A stretch of DNA of 52,661 nt from Balamuthia mandrillaris. Lineage: Eukaryota. The stretch's first letter is position 1. The number at the start of each line of letters is the position of its first letter. Shown piece after piece: positions 23,028-35,799 of this stretch. Under the pieces are notes generated by a model. That model ran no database searches. It had not been told where the DNA came from and was given only the letters and a program-made list of their open reading frames with translations. The translations under genes were made by a program, and so were the position numbers. The stretch lies in contig JAVKOQ020000098.1 of the NCBI GenBank assembly GCA_031835245.2, positions 124,001 through 176,661 of the forward strand. Direction: 5' to 3'.

Positions 23028-23318
23028 AACATTAAGCGGCGATCTTGGCGCCGCCTTAGATAGAACGAATAAATAGACGAATTTCTTGATTGCCCTCCAC
23101 CACCTTCCTCCCTCCGCCATAGGAGGAGCCTCACGCAGAGGAGGCCGCTGCAAACCCCGCAGAGGAGTGCTGCGCTGCCGAAAGGGAGGGATGATCATTG
23201 GAAATTGATCTAAATGAGGGTTCCCTGATAGCAAAAAGTGATCGTCACGAAAAGGGAAGAAAGAGAGAAAGAGAGGAAAAAAAACACAAAGGCAGAGAGA
23301 GAGGGAGGGACCCCCGCC

Positions 23319-24373
23319 ATGAGGACTGCACGCACCTATTCACTCTGCGTGTTGGTAGCGCTTTTTCTCTTGCTTTCTGGTGGTTGTGCACATGGTGACT
23401 CTGAGTTCAACGCCAAAGAGTTCTTTTTAGGGTACAAGACTCCTCCTGTTTATCACTGTATCAGTCAGTGCCGTTCTGTGCTCTGCAGTAGGTTTACTTT
23501 CAGTACTTCTCCTGCTCTGACTTTTCTTGCAGAGAATGGGACATATCCGTTCAAGTCACAGAAGTGGGGAACCCTGCCCAAGTAGGCAAGGTGGACATGA
23601 TCGCCTTTCATATCAAGGATGGCAATGAAACATTGTTTGGCAGTTTTGACGACGAGCACGACGATGAGCGGCCTTTGCGCATGTACGTTGACCATGACTA
23701 ACCACCCTCTCCCTTTGGTGGTCAGTATACTGACTTGTGGACAAACAATAGCGAGTTTGAGGAGAGCTTTGAGGGAAAGCCCACAGCAGGCGAGTTTCTG
23801 CTGGCCTCTCCAGAGGACGAAGAAGAAGAGTTCACTACCGTCTTTAGGTTCGAGTTTGTGCAAAAGGGTGACGTCTTTACTTCTCAAGGAGTCTGGAAGG
23901 ATGAGTTCCGTGGGGAAAGCGGCGTTTATCAACTGCTGGCACTTTCACCCAACTCCTTCGTGGTGACCGTGCTCCTGAGGAACCCCGCCTCCGGAGAGAT
24001 TTATCAAGTTTGTTCTCTCTTCCATTTTTTAAATGCTTGCCATTCCCATTGTTGACCTTTTGCCACCTGTAGATGAGGCAGCTTCTCGGCAAAAAGTTTG
24101 TGACTAAAGAGCCTCCAGGATTCTTTGCCAAGTACGGCATGCCTCTCAGCATCCTGGCTTTCTTCCTGAGTACGTTTACATTTGTTGTTTCTCATGCTTA
24201 TGTTTTTTCACCAAACCAAACATAAACTTTTCTCCACCCCTCATCCAGTATCTCAGCTGTTGAAGAGACAAGTACCAGCGCCGGAGCAGCAGCAGCAACC
24301 TGGGGCAGCCCAAGAAGGAAGAGCCCCTGCCGCCACCAGCGCCGGGAGCAGCAGCACAAAGAAGGATGACTAA
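23319..24373 (+). CDS. Uncharacterised type-I membrane protein (signal peptide, beta-rich luminal domain, single TM)
   Basis: Signal MRTARTYSLCVLVALFLLLSGGCAHG. Spliced exons run to ...EPPGFFAKYGMPLSILAFFL|ISQLLKRQ...KKDD*. The FFAKY-TM segment recalls the EMC10 C-terminus. Confidence 0.7.
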
Positions 24374-24723
24374 GGTCATATTAGTGAATAAAGCTTCCTG
24401 CATGCCCACAAAATCTCAGAAGAAAGAGGGAGGAGAGGGAAAAACAGACGCAAAAGAGAGAATGAGGTAGCATACAGCAGTCTGGTGGGTAAGGCGCAGA
24501 TCTTAAGGACAAATGAATTGTTTAAGAGGAGAAGTAGTATATGGAACAAGGAGAACCAACCCCTCCCTCCCACCACCACCACTTCTGGTGAACTAACAAT
24601 AATAATATAATTGCAAACGTGTCAACAAAAAAGAGTAGCGAAACCTAGTGGTTGGGAAGAAGGAACAAAAGGGGAGGGAACAAGGCGGCTCTTGGGAGGG
24701 GGCCTCTACACCTTCGTTCTACT

Positions 24724-25417
24724 TTAGAAGAGAGCGCAGCGACCCCTGTTCTTGGTGGAGGGGCCTTGCTTGGTCTTGCCGGGAATCCTTTGGATCTGAC
24801 GGATGAGCTCAATGAAGATCTGTTGGATGTTGGTCTTGGTCTTGGCGGAGGTTTCCAGGTATGTGCAATGGTTGAAGTTGGCGGCCATCTCCTCTCCCTG
24901 CTCGGTGGTCACGACCCTCTGGTCAGCCAAGTCGCACTTGTTGCCAACAAGCACCAGAGGTACGTTGTCCGCATCCTTGACCCTGAGGATCTGCTCACGC
25001 AGGTCGGGGAGGTCGTTGAATGTGGACAGGGCAATGATAGAGAAGACAAGAACGAAGCCCTCTCCGTTTTTCATGTAGAGGTCCCTCATGGCTGTGAACT
25101 GTTCGGTACCGGCTGTGTCCAAAATCTCGAGCATGTACTGCTTGCCGTCGATGTCGGCTTGCTTTCTGTACGAGTCCTCAATGGTAGGGTCGTACTGGGA
25201 TTGGGAAGAACAGAAATGGAAAACGTGGTAAGTTTTTTTGGTGGTGGTGGTGGAGGAGTTTTTCTCCTCCTTTGCTGAAGAAGGAAGGAAAGAAAGAAGC
25301 ATTGAGGAGAAGCAGGGTCCCTACCTTCTCTACGAAGATTCCCTGCACGAATTGGACGGTGATGGCGGACTTGCCGACACCTCCGGAGCCCAACACTACC
25401 AACTTGACAGTTTCCAT
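24724..25417 (-). CDS. RAP1: Rap1-family small GTPase (2 exons)
   Basis: [58 protein letters not shown] (Rap-type T61), NKCD, ETSAK, CAAX CALF. Confidence 0.95.
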
Positions 25418-25846
25418 GTTTGTTGTTTTACACTGCTACTATTTACTTTACACAAGGCGAAGTTCTTCGGCTGTTCTTGAGGTTGATTGGGGAGGTGGTG
25501 TGAGTTCTTTTTTTTTGCTTGAAAATGAGAAAAAAGAAAAAAAAAAGGGGGGGGGAAAGGGCTATTTGGGAGAGAGAGTTACCGTTTTTTTCGCTGTTTG
25601 TTAACTGCACCCACAAATAGAAGCTTTGGCTTAGTGGGTTTATTTTTGTTGTGCAGAGAAAAGCTTGATGGGGTGGTGACAAAAATACCTCTTTTAATTA
25701 ATTGATGCGGAGATAACACCATTGGGCACGGAGAAAAGCACAATGATGTCATCCCGAGAACCTTCCGATCTTTCCGATGATCTCACTGGATCTGGCCAAC
25801 TGATCGGAGGAAGAAAGGTGCAGCAAGTAACGCACCAAAGCTTGCC

Positions 25847-27588
25847 ATGTCCTTGCCCGAGGTGGATCCCGTGGAGGACTACTCCCTCCTCAAGTTTGCA
25901 CAAACGTTAGGTATCAACGCGGCGGTATGCACAGTGACGATCGTCTCCTTCTCGTTGCTTCGGCGGGTAAAGTACTTTGGCATCAGCAAGTTCTTCGCCC
26001 CACGCAAACAGAAGATAAAGACCTTTTCCAAGTCTTATTTTCGAAGCCTTGTTTCATGGATATGGCCTTCAATAAGGTTTCACTCCTTTATGTTCCTTCC
26101 TCCTGGCACGCCAGCAAGTGTTTACTTTACTTTTTTTTTTTTGGGTGGTTTGACGTCTCTTCAGCTATCCGGATGAGATGTTATGGAAGACGCACGGACC
26201 GGACGCCCTCATCTACACCATGTGGCTGCGGTTGTGCTTATTTCTGTGCATGATATTGGCCATCGGTGGTGTCTTTGTGATAATACCCATCAACAGCAGT
26301 GGAGACAAATTATTAGAAGAAGAGGACACAGAGGAGATAGGAAGAGTGGACTTGGCTATACTGACCATTGCCAACGTCGATGAAAATGACCCCAAGTTCC
26401 TGGCGCATATCCTCTTTGCCTTCCTTTTCAGCTTTGTTGTCTATGCGGCGGTATGGTGGCAGTGGACCACCTACACCAAGCTCCGCCAGGACTACCTCAA
26501 CCGTAATGACTGTCGAAGCTTCACCGTCATAGCCCAGCAGGTGCCCCCTCGACTCCGCTCAGAGCGCGTTCTCAAGGAATGGTTTGAAGTATGTTGCTGT
26601 GGTGGTTATCATCCTAGTTGTTCTCTTCTCACCCTTCCATTACTCCTTGATGAATGTGTCACTAGGATCACTTCTACCCGTGTAAAGTTTTAGATGTACA
26701 GTTGGTGTGGAATTCCTCAAAGTTGGATAAATACTGCCAACAACGGCTTAGCTTCATAAATGGAGTAGAAAGAGCGGAGCTGGAAATGGATGAGATAGAG
26801 CAACGCCGTCAACGGAAGAGACAGAAGAAAGCAAGGCGCGCTGGACAGCAGCAAGATGGTTCTCATCATAAGCCGTGGTGGAGGCGATTCCTTGCCTGTC
26901 TAGGAAAGGGTCTCTCCTTTCTCTGCTGTGGCTGCCATGCGTGTGGTGGCTCGTGTTGGACTGCGTGTTGCTGTTGTTGGTGTTGTCACTGTAACGAAAG
27001 GAATGACCGAACTACTGTCAGGACTGGCCCTAATTGTTGCTGTGGCTTTTGGCAGTGTTGCTGTTGTGGTGAGGAGGTTATGCGCACTCCCTCCCACCTT
27101 CCTCCTTCTCTCCTTGCCTCTCTCTGTGGCAATCGAGCTGCTTTCACTCAAATGAACATTTGATCGTGTAGGTTGATGCAGAAACGCATTACCGCAAGCG
27201 TCTGGACCGAGTGGAACAGAAAATCCAACTAATACAGGAAAACCCAAGCAAGTTCATGCAAAAAACGCACACTGCATTTGTTACCTTTGATTCCCCTTTT
27301 CCGTGCCGGTCTTCCACTCACGCGTTTGTCAATCCATTGGTGAGTAGTTTTGCTAGTTACATGGATTCCATCGCATAACCAATAACTTGCCGTGGTTTCA
27401 GATAATGCGGGTTCACCCAGCTCCTGAGTATACCGACGTTGATTGGTCACAGCTGGCGGTGGGCAAGCTCTCTTTTGAGATTCGGCGTGTTCTCATTGTG
27501 ATCGTTCTTATAGCCATTATAATTCTTTGGATTTTCCCCTTTCTTTTCGCTGTCTCTCTGGCAAACCTTCGGTTCGTTCTGCTTTTAC

Positions 27589-27627
<39 letters not shown>

Positions 27628-29566
27628 TTTTCCTCACCCTCCGTCCATTACACGGGGTTTTTTGTGGTTTGGTGGTTTTATTTTGCTGTGCCTTTGCTGG
27701 TTCAACTAACGAATTAAGTTAGGGAATTGGGAGAGGTGGATGGCATGGGATGGCTTGCTGATTTTATAAATCAATTGCCCGTGAATTTAGTGGTGTTCAT
27801 TGAAGGTTTGCATTATTGTTCTCTACAACGCAGGTGGTACAGTTAACAATAAGATTTTATTCCTTAGGCATATTACCAACATTGATTTTGTTGCTGTTCA
27901 TGAACTTTATGAAACTTATATTCAAGCTGATCATAACAAATAGAGGATTCTACGCCCGCTCTTTTGTGGAATTCACTACGATGTCAACGTATGCTTCCTT
28001 CTTAGTATTAAATGTCTTGTTGGTTAGCACAATTGGAGGTATGGATAATAGCTTTATTTAGCGGTGGTGTTAAAGTGTCTCACATTCTCTCTTTGTGATA
28101 GGCGCTATCTTTGATGTGTTGGAAGATCTTGTGGACAATCCAACCAGCTTCATAAGTCTTCTGGCCGATTCTCTGCCCAAACAATCTCTCTTTTTCATCA
28201 ATTATTTATTAGTTGTGGGACTGGGTCGTCTTCCACTCAAGCTCTTCCGCCCTGGTCAACTCTTCAAGCGCTTATTTTTATGTCTTTCCGTTCAGCCAAA
28301 GACACAGCGAGAGGTAAGACCACCCAACAAACATCGTTCAACATTAACTGTGAAGACCATCCATTACTGATTTTTTCATAGAAATTCAACGTACATAAGC
28401 CACCAATGTTTGATTTTGCAGGAGAAAGCGGACAGGAGATCTTGGTTTTTAACATAGTGTTAGTTTTTAGCCTGATGGCTCCTCTGGTCTCTCTGTTTGG
28501 GGTGGTGTATTTTGCACTAGCCTACCTTGTCAACCGCTACAACCTCATTTATGCCAATCAACCAGAATGGGAGAGCGGTGGAGCGCAATGGCAGTATCTC
28601 TATCATCACATAATGGCAGGGCTATTGCTCTTTCAACTGACAATGGTGGGTGTTTTCGGCTTGTCAGAGACATATGGGGGAGGAGGAGCTATGTTAGTTT
28701 TGCCTTTCATGACCACATTCTGGTGGATAGTGGTTTGGCATCACTTTGCAGGAGTGGCTTCACAAGGCGCCCTGGAGGGCTGCTATGCATTGGAAGCACC
28801 CCAAGTCAAGAATGTGTACCGTCAACCTAGCATGCTTTACATCGACAGCAACTCTGATGGTACGATTGAATCACACCATACCTCCTTTACATGTCTCTCT
28901 CCCCTAAATTCAACACAAACTGCCACCCATAAAACCTACCCAGGTGAAGAAGACAGTGACTATGATAGCATGGAAGAAAACGAAATGCAGCGGAAGATGT
29001 ATTATCTCCGCCAGAAGAAACGTGTACCCCAACAGCAACCGGCTGCTGGTCAGCGCAAAATTGACGTAATGGACCGGCCCAACTCTGGAACTGGTTGCTT
29101 GCAACAGGACGATGACATGGATGACGAGGGCTTCTCGTCATCACCTTGTCCCGCCTCCCCCCCCATTCTTAATAGCAGCGCCAATGCTGCTATGGAGAAT
29201 GCTGGCGACAGTCCCAGTGGCTCCCAACGCCATCCCCGAAACAGAAGGCGAAGACCAACACTAAAACTAAGCGCTCCATCACCTGCTTCCTCTTCCGCAG
29301 AACAGGCAAGGGACATCTACGAACTTAAAGCCTTGACAGTAAGGGCTAGTGCTGGAATGCGGCCTCGAGCCATCCCAAAGAAGTCTCTCTTTGGTTCTGT
29401 TATTCCCTCTACACCTGCAGATGGTGGTGAATCAGCTACCAAGAGCCAAGAGAGTGAAGTATCATCCCTTTCTGACTCTTCTAGTGAGGAAGCCGAGACG
29501 AAAGACGTGTGTGAGAACGATGAGGATGAGCTCGATGAAGAAACGGAAGGAGAGAGCGAAGAGTGA
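25847..29566 (+). CDS. OSCA/TMEM63/CSC1 calcium-permeable channel (multi-exon)
   Basis: HGPDALIY, LTIANV, TAFVTF, APEYTDVDW, LADSLPKQSLFFINY, YLVNRYNLIY..PEWESGG, LLLFQLTMVG, followed by an acidic disordered tail. Confidence 0.9.
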
Positions 29567-29726
29567 TCCTCAGACTGGAAAAAGAATCCAATAAAAAGGC
29601 GATCCTCTACCTCGGAGATAATGGCAGAGAACCTTCATATTTTGAGTATTTACTCACTTGTGTGATTTTTAATCCATCAGCAAGTTAAGAAAAAGGTATA
29701 CTGTATTGTGAACTAAAACCCAAAGA

Positions 29727-31919
29727 TCAAAGAAGTGGCTTGGCAAGCTCAGAAGAGCCACGCGCCAAAGAAAATTTTCTGAAAACGAATCCAATGATAA
29801 GGAACTCCAGGTCATACAAAAGGTGGAGCAGCAGGGCCGTCCAAACGCCATGTTTTAGCATGCAAGACAACAGAGCTAATCCCACGTACCTACCAATTTA
29901 CATTGAATTGTCAAGTCAGTATTTTGGCTAAGAGATCATAGATTTTAGGAAATGTACCAAGAGTTGATCCAACCAACTAGTCCCTGGTACCTGAGAGCAG
30001 GACATTAAGCTGTGAGCCTACAACTCAAAAAAAAACCAACAAAGGGAGAAGGAGGGGAGAGGAGGAAGGGGAGAGGGACGGCGAACAGGAGCGATGTACA
30101 TACTTGCCACCGTCACGGAAAAGTAAATTGGAGAGCACCATAGCCACAATAAAGGTACGGTTATCTTCTCCTGTCACCTTCCAGCGTTTTCTTCTCTGCC
30201 TACTTACACGAGTGCTGCTGCCCGAGGTCCAGCCAGCAATGCCTTGCGGGTCGTTGAAAAAGCCCATGAAGAGGTCATCAAATTGCCACAAGGAAAAGAA
30301 GTTGAGAACAGGGAGGATGAGCCAGTCCCAAACAAAGTTGAAGATGTCAACGTAGATCCAAGAAAGTAGCACGAGGAAGAGAGACAAGAAAATGGCAACT
30401 ACGCAGCCGATTATGATGTAAAGCGGGTTGTAGCGTGTCTTCAATGCAGTATGTAAGGAAGGGAACGTGCGCTGAATGTCCAATACCTCATTCACGATCA
30501 AAGCGATGGCACAAACGAGCCCCACACAGAGCAAGATGGATAATAAACCAACGTAGAAGCCCAACAGCGAGATAAACTTGTTGAACAGTGTCACGCCGAG
30601 CATCACCGTGAAAATGTAGAGGAATCTAAATCCCGCCTCTTCTAACACCGCTAAAGCCAACCCGTTGGCTGCTTTTAACAGAAACGTGCGATTGTCCATG
30701 CGGCTAGCCTTGGCTCCTTTATAATACCACACGGCTCCCGCCAGGATCCCTGCAGATATCCAGAAATATTTTTCCTTTTAGGACATGCCAACTTGGCTGA
30801 TTAAGAGTAAATGGAAGCTTAAATCTGCATACGCACCACCCCACAAAAGTAAAAGCCAAGAATCAAAAACACCGGCAAAGGAGAAGCCAGTGTAAGGGTA
30901 GTCGAAGAAGCTGTTTATCCATGTATAATCGAAGACGAAAAAATAAAGAAACGACAAGAAAAATTAGCATAGAGACACATAACATATCCCAACACAAAAA
31001 CATACAAGCTCACATCACGCAGGTACACTCACACAGACAAACATCCAAGCGTTAAAGGGAAAGACTCACCTAGGCAGCAATACCTCAGTTAAGAGAAACA
31101 GTATAAGGGAAACAGTCAAGGCCACAGCGTGAAATTTGAGGCCCGAAGTAAGCATGTTGACTGGGAGGCGGGGCACATTAAACATTACTGGACTGTTTGC
31201 GTCATCCTCTTCCCGTGGCTTTAGATCACCCCGTACTCCCACAAAGCGGAACCCTGGCAATTTCTCTTTGATAATGTTGCCTTTGGCAATCAGCCATGCC
31301 TGTGTTTCTGGTGGGAACAAGTCTAGTAGCTCTTCCACCAAGGAAGGCTCCTCCACCACCCTGCTTCTCGCTACGATTTGATGAGAATTGTTGTCAGATA
31401 TTGGTAATTGAGAGGAGCACAACGTAAACCAGGAACAGGAACTACAACAGAAGAAGAAGAAGAAGAAGAAGAAGAAGAAGAAGAAGAAGAAGAAGAAGAA
31501 GAAGAAGAGCAAGAGCAAGAGCAAGAGCAAGAGCAAGAGCAAGAGCAAGAGCAAGAGCAAGAGCAAGAGCAAGAAGATGAACAAGCAGGAAGCAGAAACT
31601 GAAGGAGGATAGAAGAAGGAATAAAACTAGAAAAAAAATTACCATGTCCAGTTGGAGGATGATCCAAGGTTATGTTTTCGCTGCCAATACCATCTAAGAG
31701 CTCAGAGGGTTGGTGAGAAGAAGCCACAGCACGAGAACGCATTGTGGGGGTACTTTCCCCAGCAGTCCTGGTGGGTCCAGCGTAGGGAAGGGTGGGATCC
31801 GTCATGTCTGAGAGTTGGATGACAGTGGGTTCAGTGGGGTTACGAGTGGGAGAGTGTTCCCTGGGTGAGGGCAATCTCCCTCTTGAAAATCCACCAGAAC
31901 CAGGCCCGCTCGTGTTCAT
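29727..31919 (-). CDS. Multi-pass membrane protein of CPBP/Abi (CAAX-protease-like) type (multi-exon)
   Basis: Spliced translation contains LAVLEEAGFRF (EExxxR motif), NLLFRDGGK|YQGLVGWINSW and LLHLLYD (HxxxD motif), and ends ...ELAKPLL* at 29727. Start codon is inferred. Confidence 0.6.
31449..31575. repeat. Compound intronic microsatellite (GAA)n-(GAGCAA)n
   Basis: Seen directly: about 20 GAA units followed by about 11 GAGCAA units. Confidence 0.95.
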
Positions 31920-32421
31920 TCTTGCGTGGCTGTGCTGGAGAAAAGAGGAAAAGCACAGGGGGGAGGGCAAGAAACCAGACGACAAAACGAACGACGTGGC
32001 CTGCCTGAGGAGGCAGGAAAACCCATAATGTGGGGCTCTCACCTCACTCTCCATAAATAGAAGAAAAGAGGGCAGTTATGGCTTAGGATTAAAAAGCTTT
32101 AACAAAAGCACTTGCGTGCCGCCACGGTGCCCTTTTCTGAATTCGTCAGGAGAACACAATTTTATTTGCTCTTGACAGTGGTGAGGGGGTACTGCACAGT
32201 GTACTCGCATAGAGGGATACGGTTGGCTCACGTTACTCAATATAGGAAACGACCATCTCTCCGTTAGGACCGGGATGGGTTGGTCGTGTCGACGAGTAAC
32301 GACATTCCCCCAAACACACACATCAAAAAATAAAAAATAAATTGTAAGCAAGAAGACAGAAATTTCATAGGCTCAAGTTTTGTGTCAACGAGTTAGAGCG
32401 AGAGAAGTGCAAGAGCTCGAC

Positions 32422-33849
32422 ATGGCTGCGCTAAGGACGTCTGCCCTGCGATCACGCCCTTTTTCTTCTTCTTGCACTGCTGTTGGGTATGTTGCTTTAG
32501 TTTACTTGACCCCATACGCTCATTTTCGCCCTTGTAAAAAAGAATACCGCTTAGAACCTTTTCTACTACGCGTGCACACACCTCTGGTGAACGCATGAAA
32601 GGAGTTCTAATGACCAACTACGGTTCCCCTGAGGTGCTGCAATACAGCGAAAACCTGCCATTACCTGAACTTGGCCCCAGGGATGTCCTTGTTCGTGTAC
32701 ATTACAGCAGCTTGAACCCCATTGATGTTGCTATTAGAAGCGGCTATGGTCGGGTTTGTGTTTCTTCATCCCGTTCAGTCTCTTGCACTTACTTCACTCA
32801 CCTCACTCAGCCTCTCTTGCTCGTCGCTTCTCTCTCTCTCTCTCTCCCTCTCTGCGAAACATTCTTTGCTCTATAGGAGTTATTAAGCAAGTTACGAACT
32901 CCAAGCTTGCCTTGTGTGCTTGGCTATGATTGTGTGGGCACTGTAACGAAAGTTGGAACAGAAGTATGGAACTGGGCAGAAGGAGACAAAGTTTGGGGTG
33001 CCACAGATGTGCTTCGAAATGGCTGCCATGCTGAATATGTGGCAGTAAATGAGGTGAGTTGACATTGTTAACTGTGTTGGCTGTATAAGTAACACTTTTT
33101 TGAAGCACTTGTTAGCACCTCTCCCAAAAACCATTCCAGAAGAAGAAGCTGCTGGCATTCCATATGTAGGGCTTACCAGCTGGCGGGCTTTGGTAGATGT
33201 AGCAAAATTAGTGCCAAACGAAAACAAAAAGATTTTAGTGCATGGTGGTGGAGGTGGAGTGGGATACTTTTCATTGCAACTCTTAAAGGCCTGGGGATTT
33301 TCAGTTGCTACTACCTGCAGCACTGCAAATGTAGCTAAGTTACAAGCCATTTTAAACCAAAACGACCAAGTATGTATTAACAATTTGCATTTTATACTTA
33401 TTTGCTTTGTTTTAACTAATGGATATAAGATTGTTGATTACAAAAAAGAAGACTTTACCAAAAGATTACATCCAGAGTTTGATATTATTTTAGATACAGT
33501 TGGAGGCATCGAGATGGAAACCAAAAACCTTGCTTTATTGAAATCAACTGGACATTACCTAAGTCTTAAAGGTCCATTGTTGACAGAAACAGATAATAGT
33601 GGTTTATTTCAAGGCTTAATTAGTGGAGCAAACCAAATTGCACAAAAAAAAGTATCTAGTGGTACAAAAAGGTTTGATTATGTTCTTTATAAACCAAATG
33701 GAGATGCTTTACAAAAGATAACTTCTTTAGTTGAAGCAAAACAAATCACTGGTAATGTTGATTCCATGTATAACTTAAACCAGCTTCAATTTGCACATTC
33801 TTATTTTGAGCATCATAAAGCTCATGGTAAAGTCATTATTAAAATATAA
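32422..33849 (+). CDS. RTN4IP1: Mitochondrial MDR-family NAD(P)H quinone oxidoreductase, RTN4IP1-like
   Basis: Transit peptide MAALRTSALRSRPF, YGSPEVLQY, VLVRVHYSSLNPIDVAIRSGYG, AAGIPYVGLTSWRAL, ILVHGGGGGVG, FDIILDTVGG, HAHGKV-like end KAHGKVIIKI*. Confidence 0.85.
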
Positions 33850-34602
33850 TACATGCATTATATTTGCCTGAACTTAATTTACTAAAAGTGAAGAGTACAA
33901 GTGGTAATAAAGTATCTTGTGTTGTGTTGTAAGTTGTCCTAAAAGAAAAAAGAAGAAGAAGAAGCAAGGGGAGGCAGTATTTAAGCTGGAAGATTTATTC
34001 AAAAAAGAGAGAAAAATATCAGCATAAAGGGCACAGAGAGAAAGCATCAAGAAAGGAGAAGTTGGAAGCCAAGAGGTTTCCTCAGGTCGACAGGCAAGAA
34101 TGCAACAGAAAGTAAAGAAGAGCTATTATGTTGGAGTTTTCCAACAAAAGTGACTACCTTGACTCTTAGCATACTGAATTATGGCTTTCCTTTTCACCTC
34201 ACCATAGGCCTTGAAAATCTAGTTGCAATTCTGCTCTACAAATTCCTGTTACTTATAATACACCTTTTACTATATCATTTGACAATATCCCAATGGCAAG
34301 GGAGTATGAGATGGGGGAAATCGTCCAAAAATTGGTAGTAAATTTTGAGTGGGGTTGTGAGCTAAATTTTTTGGATAATTTTTCATTGTACCCATTGGAA
34401 AGGTGTCCTTTCATGGCTCCCTGTTGCCTGGAGATGTAAAGGCTTGCTTGGAGAACTCAATCTTATATTCATATGTCAGCAATATTATTAAACAAAGAAA
34501 CTACTTTTTTTCATCTTTTTTCCCTTTATTTTTCTTTTTTTTTCTTTGTTCAATAAATAGTGCCTTCAAAATGTTTGTATGATTCCTTTTGTGAATATTG
34601 GA

Positions 34603-35249
34603 TAGTAGTAATAAGAAGTTTATTTGCTCTGAAAGCAACACCACTCTATACATAAAAAGTAAGCATTGTACATACATAGTGTACTCTTACTTCCCTTACT
34701 CCCTCATCCTCAATGCCTTCCCAATTGTTATTTTAAGTTCACAAGTGAAAGGTGTTGAATGAGCTTTCAGACTAACTTTGTACCATCTAGCCATCCTTTT
34801 CTTTCTCCTTTCCTTTCTTCTTTTTCCTTTTACATTACTTCCAAAGATTGATAAAATGCAGAAGAACTTCCATGGTTCCAACTTGCTCATGCTGCCCATA
34901 ATCTCCAGACTTATCTACAACTTTGCTTACATTGTTCCATCTCTTGAGTTCTGTTGCATTTCTTTCCACTTGACAGGTGCTTTGTTGTATAGTCATCTAT
35001 AATTAGCTTTCTGACTTGTTCTTCATTTCCATTGTCCACACTCCAGATTCTAAAGTGATCTTCCCAAAGTTTTGGACATCTTAACAGGAAGTGTTCTGTT
35101 GTTTCTTTCTCAGCATTGCATGCAGAGCACGTACTGTCCACCTTAGACTGCTGAATGGCTCCCCACTTTTTTCCAATGGGCAGACCATCACAACAAATAG
35201 CATTCATCAAACGTTCTTCGTTTCCTTGGGTTGGTAATCACTAAGCTCC
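34603..35249 (-). mobile_element. Non-LTR retrotransposon copy A (5'-truncated 3' end)
   Basis: C-terminal Zn finger CSACNAEKETTEHFLLRC, shared 3' UTR and AATAAACTTCTTAT(TAC)n tail. Confidence 0.85.
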
Positions 35250-35371
35250 AGCTGCTTAGTAGCATAATACTAAGGTATCTTATTTAATGGTTACCCACTG
35301 TCTTTTATTTTTTTCATAGTTAACATCTACAAACAATAATGCTGTATTTAGTTGCAATTCAAATTGTTTGC

Positions 35372-35570
35372 TCAGACCAGTAACAAAAGAATGCAAAAAA
35401 GTGAACAGAACCAAGGAATAGGCTTTAATGAAAGAAAAGTGTCATGACAGTGTGTGTGTTTGTTACTTGTTCCTTCCTGTTCCAAGAGAAAAAGAAAGAG
35501 AGAAAGAGAAAAAAGAAGATAAAGAAAGAGAGAGACAAAAAGAATAAGAAAAAGAACCAATCAAAAGAAC
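35372..35570. repeat. ~200-bp dispersed repeat, inverted partner at ~40385-40577
   Basis: The reverse complement aligns by eye with 40385-40577 (e.g. GAACAAGTAACAAACAC...TCATGACACTTT). Confidence 0.75.
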
Positions 35571-35799
35571 GAAGAAAGAAGTAACTTGTTGGTTATGTTG
35601 GCAGTTGCCAACAAAATTCAGCTCTTGTTTTGAACTCTGGTGTTGAAAGTTGATGTTAACAATAACAACGACGATTTTGTTTGATTTGTATATACTGCTT
35701 CAGCTAGTTGATTAACTAAAACTTCATTAAAAACTTCATATGTTCCCAGTTTTGATTAGATAGTTATTGTTGTTATAGTATTTATTAGTTTGCTTGAAA

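Noticed and set aside
24652..25278. 208-aa plus-strand ORF antisense to Rap1 (and similar antisense ORFs over COG2 and DLST)
   Set aside because: Shadow ORFs caused by codon bias of the real opposite-strand genes.
31066..31645. Poly-Leu/Phe, poly-SC and poly-EQ ORFs
   Set aside because: Translations of the intronic (GAA)n(GAGCAA)n microsatellite.
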